The notes beneath the pieces were generated by a model. That model was not told the origin of the DNA and searched no databases. It saw only the letters and a program-made list of their open reading frames with translations. Below are positions 50,401 to 64,000 of a stretch of DNA of 64,000 nucleotides, piece by piece. The position numbers and the translations under genes were made by a program. How positions within the stretch are numbered: position 1 is the stretch's first letter; each line of letters starts with the position of its first letter. Location of the stretch: positions 3,658,001-3,722,000 of the forward strand of contig NC_081396.1 of NCBI RefSeq assembly GCF_030684315.1, given 5' to 3'. This stretch comes from Stegostoma tigrinum. Taxonomy: Eukaryota.

Positions 50401-52149
50401 TCACCTGTGGCTTCTGATGAAGCTGATAATCTTCAGAGTCGCGGCAGAAAAGGGGTTCCCTCTATATATTATTTCTGTTGTCTTCTGCAACGACACAACT
50501 GTCTGTGCAAAATATTATTTTTTTGCCCTTGTCTAGTGTAATAAAATAATAATTAGATCAACTAGAAGTATCGGGATGGGGACATGATGGATACAGAATC
50601 TAAAACTGATCAAAGAGACGTTAAATCGAAAGACGAGTAAGTGACAAAATATAAAAAGGATCAAAACATTAAAGGTGCAATCTAATTGTTCCAGTATTGA
50701 GAGAAACGTATCAGTTTATTACAATGTCCAGAGACTTGTCCAACAACGTCCTGGAACCAGCCTTTAATCAGACCACAATAAGTGACTAATACATGTCAGT
50801 TCAATGTGATCGATCACTGCCCACGTACTCTCTGTCCAAATATAGGCCACATTGGCAGATGTTTCCTCCAGATTGTTCAAGAGATTTATTTTCTGATCAA
50901 AAGTGACACGTGTGCCTTGCAAGCAGCACAGAGAAACAGGAAGCTGTGTATCGGATGAGAATGATACAACACGAGTCCGTTTCATGTTATCAGCACAAAC
51001 AAACTTCCTGCGTGTGAGGGTGAAAACACACTAACAGCCTCCGGAACAAGTTTGCAGATTGCTTTTGGTCTTAACACTGTGTTCAACTCCATTCCCTTTT
51101 TGTTTTTCGAATACAACATATAACACAGAAGAATATTTTAACTACTCTATGTCAACTGTGAAAGAAAAAAATGCTGAGTGTAATCACTGAAATAGGGGGC
51201 TAAAAGACAATAAATCGATTCGCTTTCAACCTTCTGATTAAAAAATAGACATTTTCGGGAAATTCAGCGCTATCTCAGGGACAAAAAGAATGGCGAGTTT
51301 GCAACAGTGAACAGGTCTTTCTGCCGTTGAAATTTCGTCTGATAATATTTTGGCATTTGCCTCTTTTAATTCATGTAAGTTTTCACGAAGAAGCAAGGCA
51401 CTTTTTCTCTTTTGTGTTGTCAGCCATAGACCGTGTTTATTTGAACAAGAGAATTAGCAAATGATTGAGACAAGAAGGAAGCTTTTCCTGGATCTGGTTC
51501 CATGCTACTAAATTATAATCAATTGCGACCTAAGCATCTACTTGCCACCTAAGTTAGCAGCAAAGACCTCAAGAAATCTGCATTTGTTCTCAGGTCGAAA
51601 CAAATGAGCTGAAGTCGAGTGTTATCAAATGAATAAAGACAACTGTGAACATACGAAAGCAAAATGAATTATATTGAGCCTGCAAAACATTTAAGGGAAT
51701 AATGAACATTTGTACAAAAACAGAAATTTAAGGAGATATTTCAGAATATAACGCACAGATAAATTCTGTAAAGTGAGAAAACAAAAAAAAACAACAGAAA
51801 GTGTCACAATCGATGATTAGAAATAATGCAACAACACCGAACTCACTATTGTCGCGTTGACAGGACAGAATACGGGAAATGTATAGATTAAAAGTTAAAC
51901 AATGAAGAACATATCAGAGCGAAAAAGAAACTTATCTAAGAAGATTAAACAGACAGAGATAATATTAATTTACTTCAAAGCTATAGTGATTGAAACTGGC
52001 AACTATGAGAAAATGGGCAATTAATTGAAGGTACTTTACGACAACTCTTTCAATAGACGATATCAGTAAGACACCAGAAGTAACTGGTAAATCAAGAAAA
52101 CGAAAATATGGTTAAGCTAGCAATAAAATTACAACTGATAGTGACATGT

Positions 52150-53850
52150 TACTGACAAAATAGCTGGAGTTCTTTGTTGTGTGAGGTCTCTGCTGAGATA
52201 TTAATAGAAATGAGTCGAGAAATATTTCATGTACTAGTTTTTACTCTCTCGATTTCCCGAGATTCTGGAAATGTTCCAGTGGATTGTACAGTTGTGAATT
52301 GAAGTTATTTATTACAAGGGGACGATACAGAAAGCAGAAAACTGCTTGTCAGTAAACCTGACTTCTGGCACAAGGAATATGCCAGGACCTATTATTAAGG
52401 AACTACTAACAGAGAACTTCAAAACTATCAGGTGGAATCCATTGTACCTTGTAAAGGGAAAAGCATGCCTAGAGTTCATCGTAGAATTTTGACAAGTAAA
52501 CTTATACAGTTGATAAAGCAGCATCAGCATTCAGACAACCAGAAAATAGGGATAACTAGGAAAAGAGAGAAAAACAGATGTTTATATTCATAATACTGAG
52601 TTTGTTGTGTGATTCAATATGATCATAGCAGATCATAATCTGGAAAACTTTTGAGGTAATCCCTCAGCTCAGTAGGCATGGCTTTACTGAGATAATGTGA
52701 CCGTGACTGCAATCCGTATGTCAGTTACATTATCAGCAAGACCTTGTACAATTTATTTTTTCAGAAGGTTCACTCCGCCTGTATTAGAAACACCATGCAA
52801 ACATGGCTAATGTTCCATCGGCATTCCAAAAGTCCATGAATAAAGTGTCACATGAAATTTTGTTGCAGAACACAAAAGGTCAGAGTCAAGTGGTTCTACA
52901 TTGGAACGGATTGACTATGGCTAGCTTACCCCCTCTAAAGAACAAACATAACTTGGTGTTTTTCTGATTGGCAAGATTTTAATGAGCCAGATGGGAAGTG
53001 ATCAGTAATGTAGCTTCAAGGCTGTACAGTTTTAAATGACTTGGCTGAATTGGCGAAAAGAGTGGTTGATAATATGCTGAAAACACATTGATAAACAGGA
53101 TTGTTCACTGCGAGCAGGACATGAGGAAGTTACAAACAGATAGATACCGATTAAGTGAATGGAAAAGTTGAACCAATTGGAGAATCATGTCCAAACACAG
53201 TATGTCTATGATTTCAGGAATTGCAAAGTAGAAACTGTGATGCAGAGGCAGCAGAATTTCCTTGTGCATGAATCATAAAAGGTGAGAATACAGGAACTGC
53301 AATTCCGTCCGAAAACTAACAGACTATGGCGGTTTCTTCCAAGTGGAGTTGAAAACAAAAACATAAAGATCATGATGCATGAAAATGTTACATTGAATGA
53401 GGCCACATGAAATTACTATGGTAGAAGTTCAGTGAAAAATTATGAGACTATTAATGAGCAACGTTTGGGCGGGATAGGTTGAGAACTACTTAAGTTTGAA
53501 CAAGTGCCGAGAGCTTCATTCAAACCTACGAAAACATAAATCATCTGGATATGGTAAATGGGGAAAACCTTTTTTCCTCTTTTGCAACTGCTGGTAAAAG
53601 TTGATAAATCAGGACTTTTTCATTGAACACTAAAATACGTTAAGAATATCTGCTCGATTGTAGTCTTTGAAGCTCTCTTGATGAAAAACCTTTGAAGCAT
53701 AATATGTTCGTAACTTTTTGTAAGGCAGTAGCAGATGCATTCTTGCTTAACAAGGGAATGAACGATTATTAGACGTAGACGGGTATGCAAACTAAATGGC
53801 TGAACGGGGTCTACTAGTTGGGCTTTCTTGTATTTATACGGAATTGTTTG
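52150..53850 (+). mobile_element. Decayed CR1-type LINE
   Basis: ENC-SVNLTS, FQK..KVSH and other RT remnants. Confidence 0.6.
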
Positions 53851-54329
53851 CATTATTACTCAGTTGTACATCTCACACTTTCGTTATCTATATCTGTCTA
53901 TGTATTTTACATTGCAGTGAACTGTATTAATGTTAATTCCATTAATAACTGAAAAAGAATCTGGAAGTTAAATTATGATTTCAGGTCAGATACAGATAAG
54001 TTAACTCATGAATAAGTCTGAAGTAATGCAGCAAATCCTTAGATGAAGCTCCATGTAATACTTGGAGAGATCTTCTGCAGCAAATCAACAAAACAAAAAT
54101 TCCCACTTCTCCAATTACCAGTGGAATAGCCTGTGTATTTGAATTTCCTCCCATATGAATATCGCTGACACAGCTCGAATTTGTGAACCATCTCAAACTC
54201 TCAATCAGTTGAGTGACCAGCAGTGTAATTCCAGAAGGTAACTGAGAGTAAATAACGTTACATATTATTTCTAGGAGTGTTCACCAGTCTATCAAACATG
54301 CATGGAGAGATGGAAGGGAGTCTCTCTGG

Positions 54330-55930
54330 CACATTTCAGGAAGTGTACACACTACAATCCAACATGAATAATGGATTTGAACTTCCCAAATATTAAATGG
54401 GATAACACCAATGTGAATTGCGCAGAGGGGTCTGAATTCTTAAAACGTGTCCATGAGAGGCTTTTTTTAAAAAAAGAAATCAGACTTGAAACGACAAATT
54501 GCCACAAAGTCCTGCCATGCAGTGCCTCATTTTACGGGAAGAGGCTAGGCAAAATGTTGGGCAGTCATTTGGAGAGAATTTTGGTGATAGTGAATGCAAC
54601 TCTGTTGGATATTACCTATCGGTGGAAAGTGACAATGATCAGCGAGAAGTAAAGGTTTTGAAATGGATCAAGGTCGATTTTGTTCTGATCAAACTCAATC
54701 TCGCCAATGTGGTCATGAGAGCAATGACCTACAGAAAAACTTACACCAGAGCAGTCGGCGGGGGGGGCGGGGTTTGCAGTCAAAAATAACGAATTTGCAG
54801 GCCAAAAATATTCCTGAAAGGGGAAGACTGGAAGTAAGAATTCAAAACATTACTATAGGTGGCGAAACGTAAAGGAGTAGACAAAAGAAGTCTCCAGCAA
54901 AGCTCAGCATATCAGAAGCTCGAGAAGACTTTAGAAGCTGTCAGAAGTTTTTTTTTCCATTTTTTTAATTCGAAAGAGAGGTAATTTTAATTTAAAAAAG
55001 ATGAATACCAAAAGGCATTTTAGGAATACACGGAGGAAGAGAATAATGCGAACGAGATTAGGGCCGATGCAGAAACTAACTGGAGAAATCTTGTAGTGCT
55101 GGATGACTTTGATTCATTTTGCTATTGTGTTTTACATCTCCATTTCTGACGAAGGACGATATCGAGTAATGAATTAGGTCAGAAAGCTGTGGAATTTTCA
55201 GAAATTTCTATTGAACTGGAATAAGTATTTGGGTTTTTAGCGGGAATACAATTGACTCAGCTGTGTGTCCCAGTATCCTGGGCAAGGGATTGGATTGTAA
55301 GGACCCAGTTAGGAATATTAAAATCGTCTTTGCACAATCATAAAATGCCAGAGCAAGAATGCTCATAGAGTATGATGAATCAATAAATATTCAGGTTTCT
55401 TTATACCGGTGATCGAGTCTAGTATCAGTGCCAGGAAAAGAATTTGAAAAAGAAATCGGAGAGATAACCTTGATTCAAAGTTATAAATGTAAAATTTAAG
55501 TAGGAAAATTCGGCCTGGCTTTGATGGAAGTGATGTCACACCTTGCACAGTTGATACTACCTTCCAAGGAGGCAATCAGATGCATGATCCAGGGTGAAAA
55601 AATGCAATCTGCTTTGACATTAGCAAGGTTTTTGACAAGATCTTGCATCCTAAATTATTTAAGAAATACCAGAACCAAATGCAATTTGGGAAGTTGTTTC
55701 CAAAATTTACTTTGCGTCATCAGTCAAAAGCAGAAGTTAATGTCCGAAGGTAGTCTTTGAGACTAAACCCTGTGATCAGTGATGCATTGCAAGTTTTTTG
55801 GTGCCGCATCCTGTGCTGTTTGTAGTGTTCATGAATGATCGATTCATGAATGTAGGAATTTTGATGACAATGTTTACAGGTGAGGTGAAAAACGTGCGGT
55901 ATTGCAATTAGCCAGGCGGAAACCCTCAGG
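54330..55930 (+). mobile_element. Decayed CR1-type LINE
   Basis: MDLNFPNIKW (GDFNFPNIDW-like) and RT remnants. Confidence 0.65.
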
Positions 55931-56799
55931 CCAAGGTATGCTCTAGATTGCAGAACAAAGAAAGAAAAAATATTGCCCCGAAACATGTGAATGAATGCAT
56001 GTTCCAGGACTATCAACTGAAGAGAAACAATGATGCGTGTTTGTTCCCGACAAAATACAAATCTTAAGCGGTCACTTGCTGTACATATCCATTTTGCCAT
56101 CAATGAGATGATTTAGAGCTATTGTTGTTAGTTATATTGTTACTAATGTAGCAAATTCAACTAACATTCGTTGGTCCAATTTTGAACATCATTAAATGCT
56201 GGAATTTAAATTTAAGAACATATTTGGAGGTAAGATTCCAGTGAAGGTCATGAAATCATTACTAATTGTCAGAAAAAAAATCAGTAATGCAAATCAGGAA
56301 AGGAAAATTGTCATACTCACGTGGTCTGTTGTACATGCAACTCCAGCCACAAAGCAAAGTGGTTCGCTGTCAAATGGTTCAGCAAGCCACTCAATTTTAC
56401 CAGTTGCTGCAGAATTGCAACAATGTAATGAAAGTAAATGGGCGTCCCGACATTGACCTAGGCATTGGAAGATATATTGGCACCAATGGCCTTGTGTGTC
56501 AAACATCTGGTGACTCGTGCCAAATTTTAGGAGTACACAGGGAGGAAGATAATAATGAGAAAGAGATTAGGACTGATGCAGAATCTAACTGCAGAACTCT
56601 TGTAGTGCTGGATGACTTTGATATATTTGAAATTGTATTTTACACATCTATTTCCAACGAAGAGCGATATAGAATTATGAATTAGGTCAGAAAGCTATGG
56701 AAGACTGGTAAAGCAACAGCCTGATTATGCATTCATAGTTTAACTGCAATAATCCAAACATCGCTACCCCTGTATATTCCATGGTCCTTCAGCAGGGCA

Positions 56800-59300
56800 T
56801 CACCATCACAGGTGGCAACACAGTGATATACAGACGGAAAGGAGTTTCTTTCATAGCCGTCAACGTTCCTTCTGGACCCAGTAATTCTCATGGATTCAGG
56901 TTAAACATGGGCAAAGAGAAAACACCTTCTGATTACTATGTGTTGTCTTCTCTCAGCTTACGAAAATGCATTCCTCAATGTTAACAACATCTGGGGAAAG
57001 CACTAAAGGTGGTAAGGATACATTGATATTCTGTGAGGGGGCACTGCAAAACTACTGACCGAGTTTCTCGGTCCTTGAAGGACTTCGTGTTAGTCTGGGT
57101 CTGCAGCAGCTGAGGAGGAATCCGACAAGAGGGAAAATGTATGATTGAACTCCTTCTTCTCAAAGGTCTGGCTGCAGATGCATCTGTCCATGACAATATT
57201 AATAAGGCCAATCACCAGATCGCCATGGTGGAGATGAAGTATCAACTTCACATTGAGAATACCTTTCGTTCTGTTGTTTGGCCGTCTCAACACCTGGCAT
57301 TAATGAGGTGATTTGGCCATTGGCATAACGCCACCAGAATATGTAACCTGATGGTTCTGCATATTCCCCACTCGCACATTTTGACCAAGAGAGGTAATCA
57401 GCCCTGGTTTTATGGAAAGTGAAGGATGCCAGCCCAGGAAAAGTACCAGAGGAGAGATTTCAACCTTGTGAAGCTACAACACAGGGACTACTATCGTTCG
57501 AAACAGCATAAACAGCACGTGATGGACAGAGCTAAATGAACTTGCAATTAACGGATCATATATAAACAATTCTGTGCTTTCACATCAAGTCATGAATTGA
57601 GGTGAACAATTCAACAACTCATTCAAAGAGGAAACTCCATAGATATTGCCATCTTCAAAGACGGTGCCGAAAGATCAGCATAAACGTTAAGGTTGAAGAA
57701 TTAACAGCAATCATCAACCAGAAGTGCCAAGTCGATGATCCATCTTGGCCTCCTCCAAGTGTCGCTAGTTTTACAGATACCAGTCGTCAACCAATTCGAT
57801 TCTCTCCAAGGACATTAACATTTGGTTGGGGGTGGTGGATGTGCAAATTTTATTGGACCTGACAAAATTCTGTCAACAGGACTGACAAAATGTGCTCTGA
57901 CATGGCACTCCATGATCCGAGCACTTCCAAATCACCTGCAACATTGGCACAAACCAGATAATGTTGAAAATTGTTCAGGCAATAAAATAATCCAGTCCAG
58001 CGAATTACTGCCTCAGTATGTTTCCCTCACTGACAAGTAAGGTTAGCAAAGCTGTCATTAACAGTGTGACCAAGCAGTACTAGCTCAGTAATCGCCTGTT
58101 CAGTGACGCATTGTGAATTTTATACAAGGGCCACTTAGCTCCCGGATGAATGTCAGTTTTGGATCAAAGATGAACAAAAACTGAGTTCCACAGGTGAGGG
58201 GAGAGTGATAAAACTTGACATGAAGGGCTCATTCGACTGAGTGTGGCATCGAGTGAGCTTTTCCAACAGTGCAATCAATGCACATCAGATGATAAACTCT
58301 TCACTGCCTGGAGACATCGTTTGTAAACATGAAGACAGTTCTGGCTTTTTGAGTTCATTCGTCTCAGCTCCAGGACGTCTCTGTCAGAGTTCGTGGCTCG
58401 TGCCCTTGGCCCAATTATGGAGAGAATCTTCACTGGTCCTATTATCTTCAGTTATTTCATTGGTGATCTCCAGTCTATCACAGATGTGAAATAGGCACTG
58501 ATTATGTCACAATGCTCAGCATCTTCTGTAACTGCTCAGATATAGGGGCAATATATTTTGAAATTCAAGTGCTGTCTAATATCCAGATGTGCGCAGACAA
58601 CAGGCAAGTAGCATTCACACCACAGAACTGCGAGATAACAAATATTATAATTAGAGACATTTTAACCACAGCCACCTGACATTCACTGAATCCTCCAATC
58701 TCAAAAGTCTGTGATTTCATATTGAATTGAAACCGAAATGGAAGCAACATGTCCACACAACAGTGATAAGAGCAGCTCAATAGCCAGAAATACTGCGACA
58801 AGTAGCCCATCCTGCTGAGTCGCCATAGCCACCCATTATCTAAGAATGTGTAATGGCATGCCTCCCAGTCTGCCTGCATGGGTGTCGCATCAATTTCACT
58901 CAAGAAGCTTGACATAATCAGAAACAAAGCAGCCCATTTGAATTGTCGCACATCCACGTGCAACCAGTGTCTCCAAATCTGACATTGAGCTGCTTGAGTA
59001 TGTAGTATATACAGGATATACTGCTGAAATATAACAATATCCTTAGACAGCATCTTCCTAACCCATGACCACTTTAATCTCAAAGGATAAGAGGATCAGA
59101 TACACAGGAACTGCAGCACCAGTAAGCTCCCCTCCTCGATACTTACCATTATGACTTAGAAGTACATCAGCCATTCATCAGAGTAACTGACTCAAAATCC
59201 TGGAATTCCATTCCTGAAGGGATTTTCGACCCTACATTTCAGAAAGGCAGCTCAACACCATTTAATTCAGAGAACGAATGACAGGAAATAAAGTCCACCT
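56800..59300 (+). mobile_element. Decayed CR1/L2-group LINE ORF2
   Basis: Collinear with 48440-49690 in its 3' half (LDMKGSFD.VWH). Confidence 0.7.
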
Positions 59301-60164
59301 GTATTCCACCAATCAACCTAACAAAAGATCCTTGAAGCAAACTCGACAGATTGATAAGGCGTTTAACGAGGCATTGTGAGTATTTGAGAAACTTTTAAAA
59401 GCTTGCAGTCACTTTGCAGGGGGACGATTTCAATTTCTGTTATGGTAGCTACAATTAATTAAAGGAATTGAAACGAAAAGGCCAGCTGAATCAGCGATAA
59501 TCACGCACTTCCTAATTTTTTTGATGAGACCACATGGCTCAGTATTGTTCCTCGGTGGAAGCGGTCTGTTCTTTCTGCCTGGTCTGTCCAACTTGTTCCA
59601 CGATTTGGCACCTGTTCCTGCACAGTCCCGAATCTGAATATGAAGCCAGCAATGCGTTTTAAAGCTACTTCTGAAAAAAAAGCCAAATGAATCCAGGAAG
59701 ACAGTGTCATTACAAAATGGTCAGCGATTATCACTTTCTTGGGATACATAACAAACTTGTTCAAATTTCAACCAAGCGTTTTGAAAGTGCGAAGTGTGCT
59801 GGAGAATAGAAGTCTGAAACAAATTCAGATGAGGAATACTGGTAACAGGCAGTAGGTGATTCAGGTTCAGCAGAGGGACAATCTGTTCCAGTTTTGAGAT
59901 CGATTATTCGATGCAAAGTCTCCTATGAATTTGTGACAAATGCGAAATAATTCTCACCATATTCCACTCCAACATTTATTTCTGACGTGAAATGTGAGAT
60001 TTATTGCTCTTCTGTTTGTTACAGCTTTCTGTACATACCGACTACATTTCGAGAATCAAGATTGCTGTGGTCATATCACTGGTCCAGGATTTCTGAACTC
60101 CAGTTGGATGTTTAGCTGACAGGATGTGAAATCGCACGTTTTTCTGTTTTTGAAATTTGAATTC

Positions 60165-63100
60165 AAAGAAAACCTGGAATGAAAAAAAAGTCCAATGGCA
60201 AAAGTATAACCAGAATCAGTCGAAAATACAAAAGCAATTGTTCATTCATGCCTATTTGATAGAAATCTTCAGGTTTGACTTGGCCTGGGCTTCATGTGAC
60301 TGCAGACACACAGAAATATGATTGAGTGCCTCATGGAGTGGCAGTGGCAACCGACTAAATGTGCGATTTGGGATAATGACTCATTGCTGGCTGAAGCAGC
60401 AACATCGGTATTCAATGAATGAATGAATAAAATAAAAGTGTGACTAAAACTCACTAAACTATATCAATTAATTTCAGTTTTGTGACACTTCCTGATGTCT
60501 CTTTCAAGTAATTTACAATGTTTTTGAAAATTCTAAAACGCGACTTGAGCTATATTGAGCTCTTCGAGATGTTCCCATCAAAATGGATTAATGTAATAAA
60601 CAATTGAACGTTTAGACTTAATCTCGTCATAGAGAAATTTGTCATTTAAAGTGACTGTAAAATTTCCATGACTTAATTCATGACAGAAATTAAATTTTAA
60701 ATTTGTGCTTATCATTTGGAAATAAGTAAAATCTGTTACAATTGATTTTCAGAACAATTGTATTCATTTCTGCTAACTGCCAACAAGCTTAAAATAGATT
60801 TGTTTTGATTTTAAGCAAGTCAATAAATAACGCTGATCATCTGGTTTGTCACCATCAACTCTTCTTTGAAATCAATGAAGCATGTACGTAAATAAGCAGA
60901 AATAGAACTGTCAGAATAGATCATAGATCACCAAAAGTGCTTAATCTTTCCCCATAAACACAGCACAAAATTGTTGGCTAAAATGCAAATAATTCAACAA
61001 ATTCCAACAGTAATTAATGTGAGGACTTCGTAAACTTTAATTTAAAAGTTTATAGAATCAGCGTGATGCAAACTCTGACGTACAGCCAACAAATGCATCC
61101 ATAATTGTCAGATACATTGATACAGCCAATATTTATTTTTCTGTCTGTTTCTCTCGTCCTCTCTTCCCCTCCGTGTCCCTCGCTTTCATGTACGTGTGTG
61201 TATTTTTTAAAAATATGTGACACCATGTTTTCACTCTACACCATCAGAGAACGTTTTCCTCCGTAATTTGAAGTCAATGCCTAAATAACACATACTTTTG
61301 GCCACGTAATGCGTTTCTTTCCTGAGACATTTGAGACCATAGAACAAGGTTTTCTGGGAAATGTATCTTTGAATATTCAGTGGCCTGGAATTGCTTGACT
61401 GGAACCGACGGAGGGGTTTTGAACCGAATCAAAATTTTCGTGTAACGTGGCTGTGAGACTTTCCTGTGATTATCTTTAAAGGGCTTTTCATTGTGTCTCA
61501 CCAGTATTGCTCATGTCTAAAAAATATTTGATCGCACAATGTAATTCACTTTCTGTCTAAAAGACTCTGTTTCAATGCTGTGTTGTGCAGAACCTAAGAG
61601 TCTGTCATTTTTAAGGAATATTCGATGTAGATCTATCCAGCATCCCAAACGTACTGTATTTGACACTACAGGGATTCTATTCTTCTGTAATTATTTGGTT
61701 GCCTGGAGCAATGTAGTGGGAGATTTATTCTGAGCGCAATGTGAGCTGTGCAATAACTGAAAATATCTGGTGTAAAAGTGTAAAGGAGCCTTTAACTCCT
61801 CCTTTTGTCTTCGTGATTTTGAAATGATTAATACCAGAATAAAATGGGAACAAATTCCTGCATCGAACTTTTGCGAACCAAATTTCTGTTTTGCGTGTGT
61901 GGAGATAGAAAATGTATTCTTTGTGTAATGTGCATAACTTCCATAATCCACATACCAATGGTATGTTTGATATGGCAGTTTAAATGTTGTTTTGATCTGC
62001 TTTTACCTTTTCTGTAGCAGTCTTGGTTGTGTTTGATAAATCTTCAACAAACTTGAAGATATGAATAATTAGTCACTATCTGAGAGAAAGGATGCAATCA
62101 CGTCAAAGAGGGCCAGAGGAGATCTATGGATGATGGTCTGAAGGCTTGTCTCTTTTTTAACGAGGAGAAAAAATTGAAGCGCCTGTGTGGCCCTCAGAAA
62201 ACATGCAATTGAGGAGGAATATCGGTGGGGACAATAATAATTCTGAAGTCAGTAATTTAAAGCAAACATCAATTGTAATGTGAAAACATTCAAATCAGAA
62301 TTTGCTATTCTTCCAATGGAATTTGTTCTTCCAGTCAATGACATTATGGCGGATTTGATATCCCTCACCTCCACTTTTCAATCCTGTTCTCATAAGCATT
62401 GATTCCATCACTAATTCAAAATATGCCCCTTTCACCTATGGAAATACTTAAGAACCAATCTCGAAAATCTTCCATGGTAACGAATTCCACAGATTCACTA
62501 CATTCAATTTGAGGAAATTGACTTCTGCCTTAAATTCGTGCCTTTAATTCAGTGATGATTTCCTTATCTACTGAAATCTCACCAATGTGGAAACATTTGT
62601 GCATTTCAACTGACAAGTTCCCGGAAGTTAAAACCTGCTTCAATATTTCACTACTAAATTTTCTATATTCCAATTACGACAGGCCAAAAACACACAATCT
62701 CCACTCCCAAGACAGACCATCCATCCGCTGGATAAGTGAAGTGAACCTTGTATAGATTGCTTTGTATTTCCGTGTATCTTCCCTCCGAGACGAAGCCCAG
62801 AACATCTCACAGTATTCCAGCCTTTGTGTGCCTAGTGCTTGCATAGTTCCACCAAACAGAAATGCCAATCTGGCCGAGCTCCATTTGGAAGCACTTGTCT
62901 CATTCCTCCAAACTTTTCCCATTCGCATATCCGCATAGATGTGTTTTATATGTTGTAATTGTAAATGCCTCCACCACTTCCTCTACCAGCGCCACCACAT
63001 CCCCCGCCTCCCCCCCGCCCCGGCCATGACCCCTGCCATGGTGAAAGATTTACACTCTCAGGCCATTTTTAGACGTTTTCCCTGTCACCCGAATACTATA
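60165..63100. repeat. Segmental duplication B', paralogous to ~4940-7950
   Basis: Same anchors as duplication B. Confidence 0.88.
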
Positions 63101-64000
63101 TCCTGTAGTTTTGGACACGGCCGTCAATGTATAATACTCTTGGTTCTTCACTCTATAAATAGTCCTTATGATGATGTAAATCTCAATAAAGTCACATCAG
63201 CCTCCGATGTGGTGGTGCAGGGTGGGGTGGGGGGGTGCGGTGATGGAATCCCAGCCTATTCAGCACCTGCCTGCAGCTACAAAACTCCAAGTCTGACATC
63301 ATCCTTGTAAATCTTTGCTTCACGTTCTTAAGTGAAACAAATCCTTCCAATCAAATGTCGAAAAGTATTGTGCACAGCATTCCAAAAATGACGTCACGAA
63401 TGTCCTATACAAAAGCAACATGACATCCAAACACCGATATTAAAAGTTATGTCCAAAGAAGTTTTGCGTGCCAAAAGCCTACTTCACCACCCTGCCTCCC
63501 TGCGACTCCAATTTCAAGGAACTATACATCTGCAACCTAGGCATCTTTGTTCAGCAACACTCATCAGGACCCTTCCATTAAGTGAGTAAGTCCTGACATG
63601 CTATGCCTTACCAAATGCAACACCTCACATTTTCTAAATTAATCCACAACTGACACTCACAGAATTGCATTGTCATACAACAAGCAAACAAACTCGACGA
63701 TATAAGCATCCATGCCGGCCATATTCCCAATTTTAATTAGTCCCACATGCCTGCACTTGGCCCTTGTCCCTACAAAAAATTCTTACTCACTTACTCCGAC
63801 AAGTGTTTCTAAATGCTCTAATTTTATCTGTATCAATCAGTGGCTCCACAAACGAACCAGTTTCCCTGCAAAATCAAAGTCATCCTGTCTTCATCCTCTC
63901 ACATTAAAAATATGCCACTCGTCATGCAACACCCACACAGCAGGGGGAAAAAAATACCTGCTATTCACCTGATCGAGATCTTTCATGATTTTACTAAACC
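62900..64000 (-). mobile_element. CR1-type LINE 3' fragments
   Basis: Similar to other minus-strand CR1 3' ends in the window. Confidence 0.55.

Noticed and set aside
14-60990. Scattered perfect octamers ATTTGCAT/ATGCAAAT (e.g. 14, 3035, 5536, 28655, 28965)
   Set aside because: Several are expected by chance in 64 kb of AT-rich DNA; some lie in LINEs, and those in duplicated blocks are not conserved in the paralog.
62990-63245. C-rich and G-rich runs (possible G-quadruplex or inverted pair)
   Set aside because: Short low-complexity expansions inside a LINE relic; not seen in the paralogous block.
533-63972. The many remaining 60-170 aa ORFs in the track
   Set aside because: Chance ORFs, antisense frames of Ig exons, or LINE/Penelope fragments; no other host gene is recognisable.

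Overview
AT-rich, LINE-dense cartilaginous-fish (shark) genomic DNA; a carpet/bamboo-shark-type source is inferred from protein and repeat style, not proven. The minus strand carries one complete, apparently functional, unrearranged IgM heavy-chain minicluster: leader (38802-38850), VH (38370-38674), D1, D2, JH (37082-37129), Cmu1-Cmu4 with secretory tail, and TM1/TM2 (to 16877). All RSSs obey the 12/23 rule and all splice phases are consistent. A 136-N gap separates VDJ from Cmu. At ~0.6-4.7 kb lies a paralogous but dead Cmu4/TM1/TM2 remnant fused directly to sequence homologous to 60.2-63 kb. This implies a tandem ~55-kb cluster unit whose left copy lost ~40 kb (leader to Cmu3). The rest is CR1/L2-type LINE debris, SINEs and Penelope-like elements with TSDs and decayed minimal hammerhead ribozymes. 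I found no demonstrably new biological system. The best leads are a Penelope hammerhead hairpin in the secretory/membrane intron, a 45-bp strand-asymmetric minisatellite just 3' of JH, a nested 12/23 dual RSS at D1, and the deleted sister cluster. Repeat boundaries are approximate unless defined by a TSD.
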